NCBI RefSeq assembly: GCF_000012345.1 | Contig: NC_007205.1 | Location: 1,020,001 to 1,052,000 of the forward strand | Reading direction: 5' to 3' | DNA: 32,000 bases | From: Candidatus Pelagibacter ubique HTCC1062 | GTDB taxonomy: Bacteria > Pseudomonadota > Alphaproteobacteria > Pelagibacterales > Pelagibacteraceae | Shown here: one piece after another, positions 28,935 through 32,000 of the stretch | Numbering within the stretch: position 1 is the first letter of the stretch | How the letters are laid out: each line of letters starts with the position of its first letter | Program-made: the position numbers and the translations under genes | The notes under the pieces: generated by a model | The model's database searches: none | What the model was told of the DNA's origin: nothing | The model's input: the letters and a program-made list of their open reading frames with translations, nothing else

Positions 28935-31526
28935 ATGAATCTTGTAGTCGTAGAAAGTCCAGCTAAAGCAAAAACTATCAACAAATATCTTGGTGATGAT
29001 TATATTGTTTTAGCGAGTTATGGTCATATTAGAGACCTTCCCTCAAAAAATGGTTCTGTTGATCCAGAAAATAATTTTAAAATGGAATGGGAAGTCGATA
29101 GTTTTTCTAAAAAATATCTTAAAGAAATTACAGATGCAGCTAAGATTTCATCAAAAATCATATTAGCAACTGACCCAGACAGAGAGGGAGAAGCAATTGC
29201 TTGGCATGTTAAAGAATATTTAAATGAAAAAAAATTAATTAAAGACAAGCATATAGAAAGAGTTGTTTTTAATGAAATTACAAAAAAAGCTGTTATTCAT
29301 GGAATTGAAAACCCTCGACAAATAGAGCCATTACTTGTTGATGCCTATATGGCTAGAAGAGCCTTAGACTATTTAGTTGGCTTTAATATATCACCAATTT
29401 TGTGGACAAAGTTACCAGGTTCTAAATCTGCTGGTCGTGTTCAGTCAGTTGCCTTAAAATTAATTACAGAACGAGAACATGAAATAGAGCTTTTTGATCC
29501 TGAAGAATTTTGGACTTTAAGTATTCAATTCAACGATAGTAATAAAAATTCTATATTAGCAAGTATCACTCAATTGAATGATAAAAAAATTGAAAAATTT
29601 TCTTTTAAAAATAAAGCTGAAATTGATAAAGCAATGAAAGAGGTTAAATCTAAGAATTTCAATATAAATGACATCTCTAGCAAAGTTGTTAATAGAAACC
29701 CTTCTGGCCCTTTTACTACCTCCACATTACAGCAAGTTTCTTCTGGTAGGTTAGGATTTGGAGCGTCACGTACAATGCAAATAGCTCAAAAACTTTATCA
29801 AGGTATAGAAATTGATGGTGAAACTATTGGTCTTATCACGTATATGCGAACAGATGGCACTAACCTGTCCACAGACGCTATAGATACTTTTAGAAAATAT
29901 ATAAAAAATGAATTTGGTGATGAATATGTTCCAGATAACGCTGCAAGTTACTCTGGAAAAAAAGCTAAAAATGCTCAAGAAGCACATGAAGCAATTAGAC
30001 CCACAGATATAATGCGAGCACCAGATACAGTTAAAAAATACCTAAGTCCAGATCAGCATAAATTATATGATTTAATTTGGAGTAGAGCCCTATCCTCTCA
30101 AATGAAACCCGCTCAATTTGATAGAAATACTATAACGATAACTTCGGATGATAATGGAACAATTTGTAAAGCTAGTGGATCTGTTATTAAATTTGATGGC
30201 TTTTTAAAAGTTATGAAAGATACTAAAAAAGATGATGATGAAGATATCCTTCCTGAAATGAACAAGGGTCCAGTTAATATAGAATCTCTATTAGATGAAC
30301 AGCATTTTACACAGCCACCACCAAGATATTCAGAAGCTAGTTTGGTTAAGAAATTAGAAGAATTAGGTATTGGAAGACCTTCAACATATGCAAGTATAAT
30401 ATCTGTTATATCTACTAGAGGATATGCGGAAACAATTAATAAAAGATTTCACCCAACTGATCGTGGTAAATTAATTTCTGCTTTTCTTGAAAAGCTTTTC
30501 TCTAAATATGTTGACTATAATTTCACTGCAAGTTTAGAAAATCAACTTGATGATATTACTACCGGGAAGGAAGGATGGATAAAAGTTCTAGAGTTATTTT
30601 GGAAAGACTTTAATCAAAACGTATCTGACGTTAAAGAGAAAAGAACTAGGGAGGTTTTAGATCTATTAAACGATAGTCTAGGAAGTTTAATTTTTGAAAG
30701 AGATACAGAAGGAAATATTAATAGACAATGCAAGTTATGTAACGGTGGATCATTAAGTTTAAAAAATAGTTTTAGAGGTGGTGCTTTTATTGGTTGCTCA
30801 AATTATCCAGATTGTAAATTTACCAGACCCCTGTCTAAAGCAAAAGCAGCTGCTCAATCTCAATTAGCTGAACCAAAATTTATAGGTAAGCATGAAAATG
30901 GAAATGACATGTACCTTAAAAATGGAAGGTTTGGTCCCTACTTACAGTATGAAAAAATTGAGGAAATAAAAGATGAGATTATAATTGAAACAAAAAAGAA
31001 AAAAAAAACAAAAAAAAAAAAGATAGAAAAAGAAGATAATAATTTAAGAAATGTCTCAATACCTAAAGGAATTACATTAGATAGCGTTGATCTTGATAGA
31101 GCTAAATTTTTATGCTCATTACCAAAAAGTTTAGGCATTAACCCTGAAAATCAGAGAGATATAATATTAAACTCAGGAAGATTTGGCCCATATTTGAAAT
31201 GTGAAAACAAATCAGCAAGGATTGAAAATGTTGAGGAGATCTTCTCAATTGGGCTTAATAGAGCAATAACTCTAATAGCAGAGGCTAAACCTGGTAGAAT
31301 GTCTGCATCAATTATAAAAGATCTAGGAGAGCACCCTGAAGACAAAAAACCTGTTAGAGTAATGAAAGGACAATATGGGCCTTATATTAAATATAAATCT
31401 CTTAATGCAACAATTCCAGAGGAAAAAGACCCTTTAGAACTTAATATGGAAGAAGCTTTAATATTAATTGAGAAAAGAAAAGAATACGATAAAAATAAAA
31501 AAGTTAAAAAAAAGAAAAAGAAATGA
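28935..31526 (+). CDS. topA: DNA topoisomerase I
   Basis: 863 aa. Toprim LVVVESPAKAKTI and ATDPDREGEAIAWH, active-site region TYMRTDG. One Cys4 zinc ribbon (CKLCNGG...CSNYPDC) is followed by three GRFGPY-type C-terminal repeats (GRFGPYLQY, GRFGPYLKC, GQYGPYIKY) and a poly-Lys tail. Confidence 0.95.
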   Translation: MNLVVVESPAKAKTINKYLGDDYIVLASYGHIRDLPSKNGSVDPENNFKMEWEVDSFSKKYLKEITDAAKISSKIILATDPDREGEAIAWHVKEYLNEKKLIKDKHIERVVFNEITKKAVIHGIENPRQIEPLLVDAYMARRALDYLVGFNISPILWTKLPGSKSAGRVQSVALKLITEREHEIELFDPEEFWTLSIQFNDSNKNSILASITQLNDKKIEKFSFKNKAEIDKAMKEVKSKNFNINDISSKVVNRNPSGPFTTSTLQQVSSGRLGFGASRTMQIAQKLYQGIEIDGETIGLITYMRTDGTNLSTDAIDTFRKYIKNEFGDEYVPDNAASYSGKKAKNAQEAHEAIRPTDIMRAPDTVKKYLSPDQHKLYDLIWSRALSSQMKPAQFDRNTITITSDDNGTICKASGSVIKFDGFLKVMKDTKKDDDEDILPEMNKGPVNIESLLDEQHFTQPPPRYSEASLVKKLEELGIGRPSTYASIISVISTRGYAETINKRFHPTDRGKLISAFLEKLFSKYVDYNFTASLENQLDDITTGKEGWIKVLELFWKDFNQNVSDVKEKRTREVLDLLNDSLGSLIFERDTEGNINRQCKLCNGGSLSLKNSFRGGAFIGCSNYPDCKFTRPLSKAKAAAQSQLAEPKFIGKHENGNDMYLKNGRFGPYLQYEKIEEIKDEIIIETKKKKKTKKKKIEKEDNNLRNVSIPKGITLDSVDLDRAKFLCSLPKSLGINPENQRDIILNSGRFGPYLKCENKSARIENVEEIFSIGLNRAITLIAEAKPGRMSASIIKDLGEHPEDKKPVRVMKGQYGPYIKYKSLNATIPEEKDPLELNMEEALILIEKRKEYDKNKKVKKKKKK
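30999..31021 (+). repeat. A10-C-A12 homopolymer pair inside topA, encoding KKKTKKKK
   Basis: Counted directly: A x10 at 30999-31008, C at 31009, A x12 at 31010-31021. The reading frame is intact. Confidence 0.9.
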
Positions 31527-31825
31527 AAAAAATAATATTTATAACATTAATTACATCAGCACTTATGTCTAATGCTATGGCTGAAAAAATTGATTGTAAT
31601 CAGTTTGAAAAGGTTAGTGCTAAATACATAGAGTGTTCAGCAAAAAATCTAAAAGAAAAATCTTCAGAACTTAAATTAAAAGCAACGGTTGGAGCTGAAG
31701 AACTTAAAGATAAAATAACTACTAATGCTAAAAGTGGAAAAAAGAAATTTGACAAACTTAATTTAAAAGAAAAACTTGTTAAATTTAAAAACAGTAAAAC
31801 ATTAACTGAATTTATGGAGAAATAA
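31523..31825 (+). CDS. Small Lys-rich secreted protein, function unknown
   Basis: 100 aa. Signal peptide MKKIIFITLITSALMSNAMA-EK, two Cys (CNQFEKVSAKYIEC), otherwise a K/E-rich helical-looking sequence. ATGA overlap with the topA stop. Confidence 0.4.
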   Translation: MKKIIFITLITSALMSNAMAEKIDCNQFEKVSAKYIECSAKNLKEKSSELKLKATVGAEELKDKITTNAKSGKKKFDKLNLKEKLVKFKNSKTLTEFMEK

Positions 31826-31827
31826 TC

Positions 31828-32000
31828 ATGTCATATGAAGATAAAATTAAAGAATTAAAGTTAGAACTGCCAGAAGCAAGAGATCCTGTTGGATCATATC
31901 TTGCATCAAAACAAATTGGTAAGATGTTATTCATCTCAGGACAAATTTCTACTGCAGCAAATGGAGAATTAATCAAAGGTAAGGTTGGTAAGGATCTAAA
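31828..32000 (+). CDS. RidA/YjgF/UK114-family protein (5' part, truncated by the window end)
   Basis: ATG at 31828, 2 nt after the preceding stop. LELPEARDPVGSYLASKQIGKMLFISGQIS matches the N-terminal pattern of one RidA-family subgroup. Confidence 0.6.
   Translation, partial: MSYEDKIKELKLELPEARDPVGSYLASKQIGKMLFISGQISTAANGELIKGKVGKDL

Overview
This is a very AT-rich, extremely gene-dense chromosomal segment from a streamlined alphaproteobacterium. It is most consistent with SAR11/Pelagibacterales, inferred from composition, packing and gene content, with no database search possible. I call 36 CDS (2 cut by the window edges) and one tRNA-Ser(GCU). By my sum of the gaps between calls, only about 500 nt (about 1.6%) lies outside a called gene. 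The content is core housekeeping. On the minus strand, 9497 to 2169 holds a ten-gene head-to-tail array: dapA-smpB-folK-spoT-pyrE-pdxJ-acpS-lepB-rnc-recO. On the plus strand, slt is followed by a complete heterotetrameric sarcosine oxidase operon (soxBDAG), then an amino-acid-type ABC binding protein, a permease and a mini-GNAT. A second minus-strand array runs gatCAB, O-methyltransferase, trhO, MATE, secreted nuclease. A final plus-strand block is ruvX-pyrB-pyrC'-plsY-topA, a small secreted protein and a RidA-like gene. I see no mobile elements, CRISPR, rRNA, prophage or defence genes, and no intergenic space large enough for a riboswitch or sRNA. The observations most worth following up are: (1) a translationally coupled TrmR-like O-methyltransferase/TrhO pair, which predicts a Gram-positive-style mo5U34 tRNA pathway; (2) an ABC importer module with no ATPase gene and a roughly 87-aa GNAT-like ORF in the ATPase slot, directly downstream of soxBDAG; (3) a dihydroorotase homologue next to pyrB whose zinc-ligand histidines are replaced (PyrC'-type); (4) a compact SpoT lacking the TGS-to-ACT linker domains; (5) era missing from the conserved rnc-era-recO position; and (6) unusually long out-of-frame gene overlaps.
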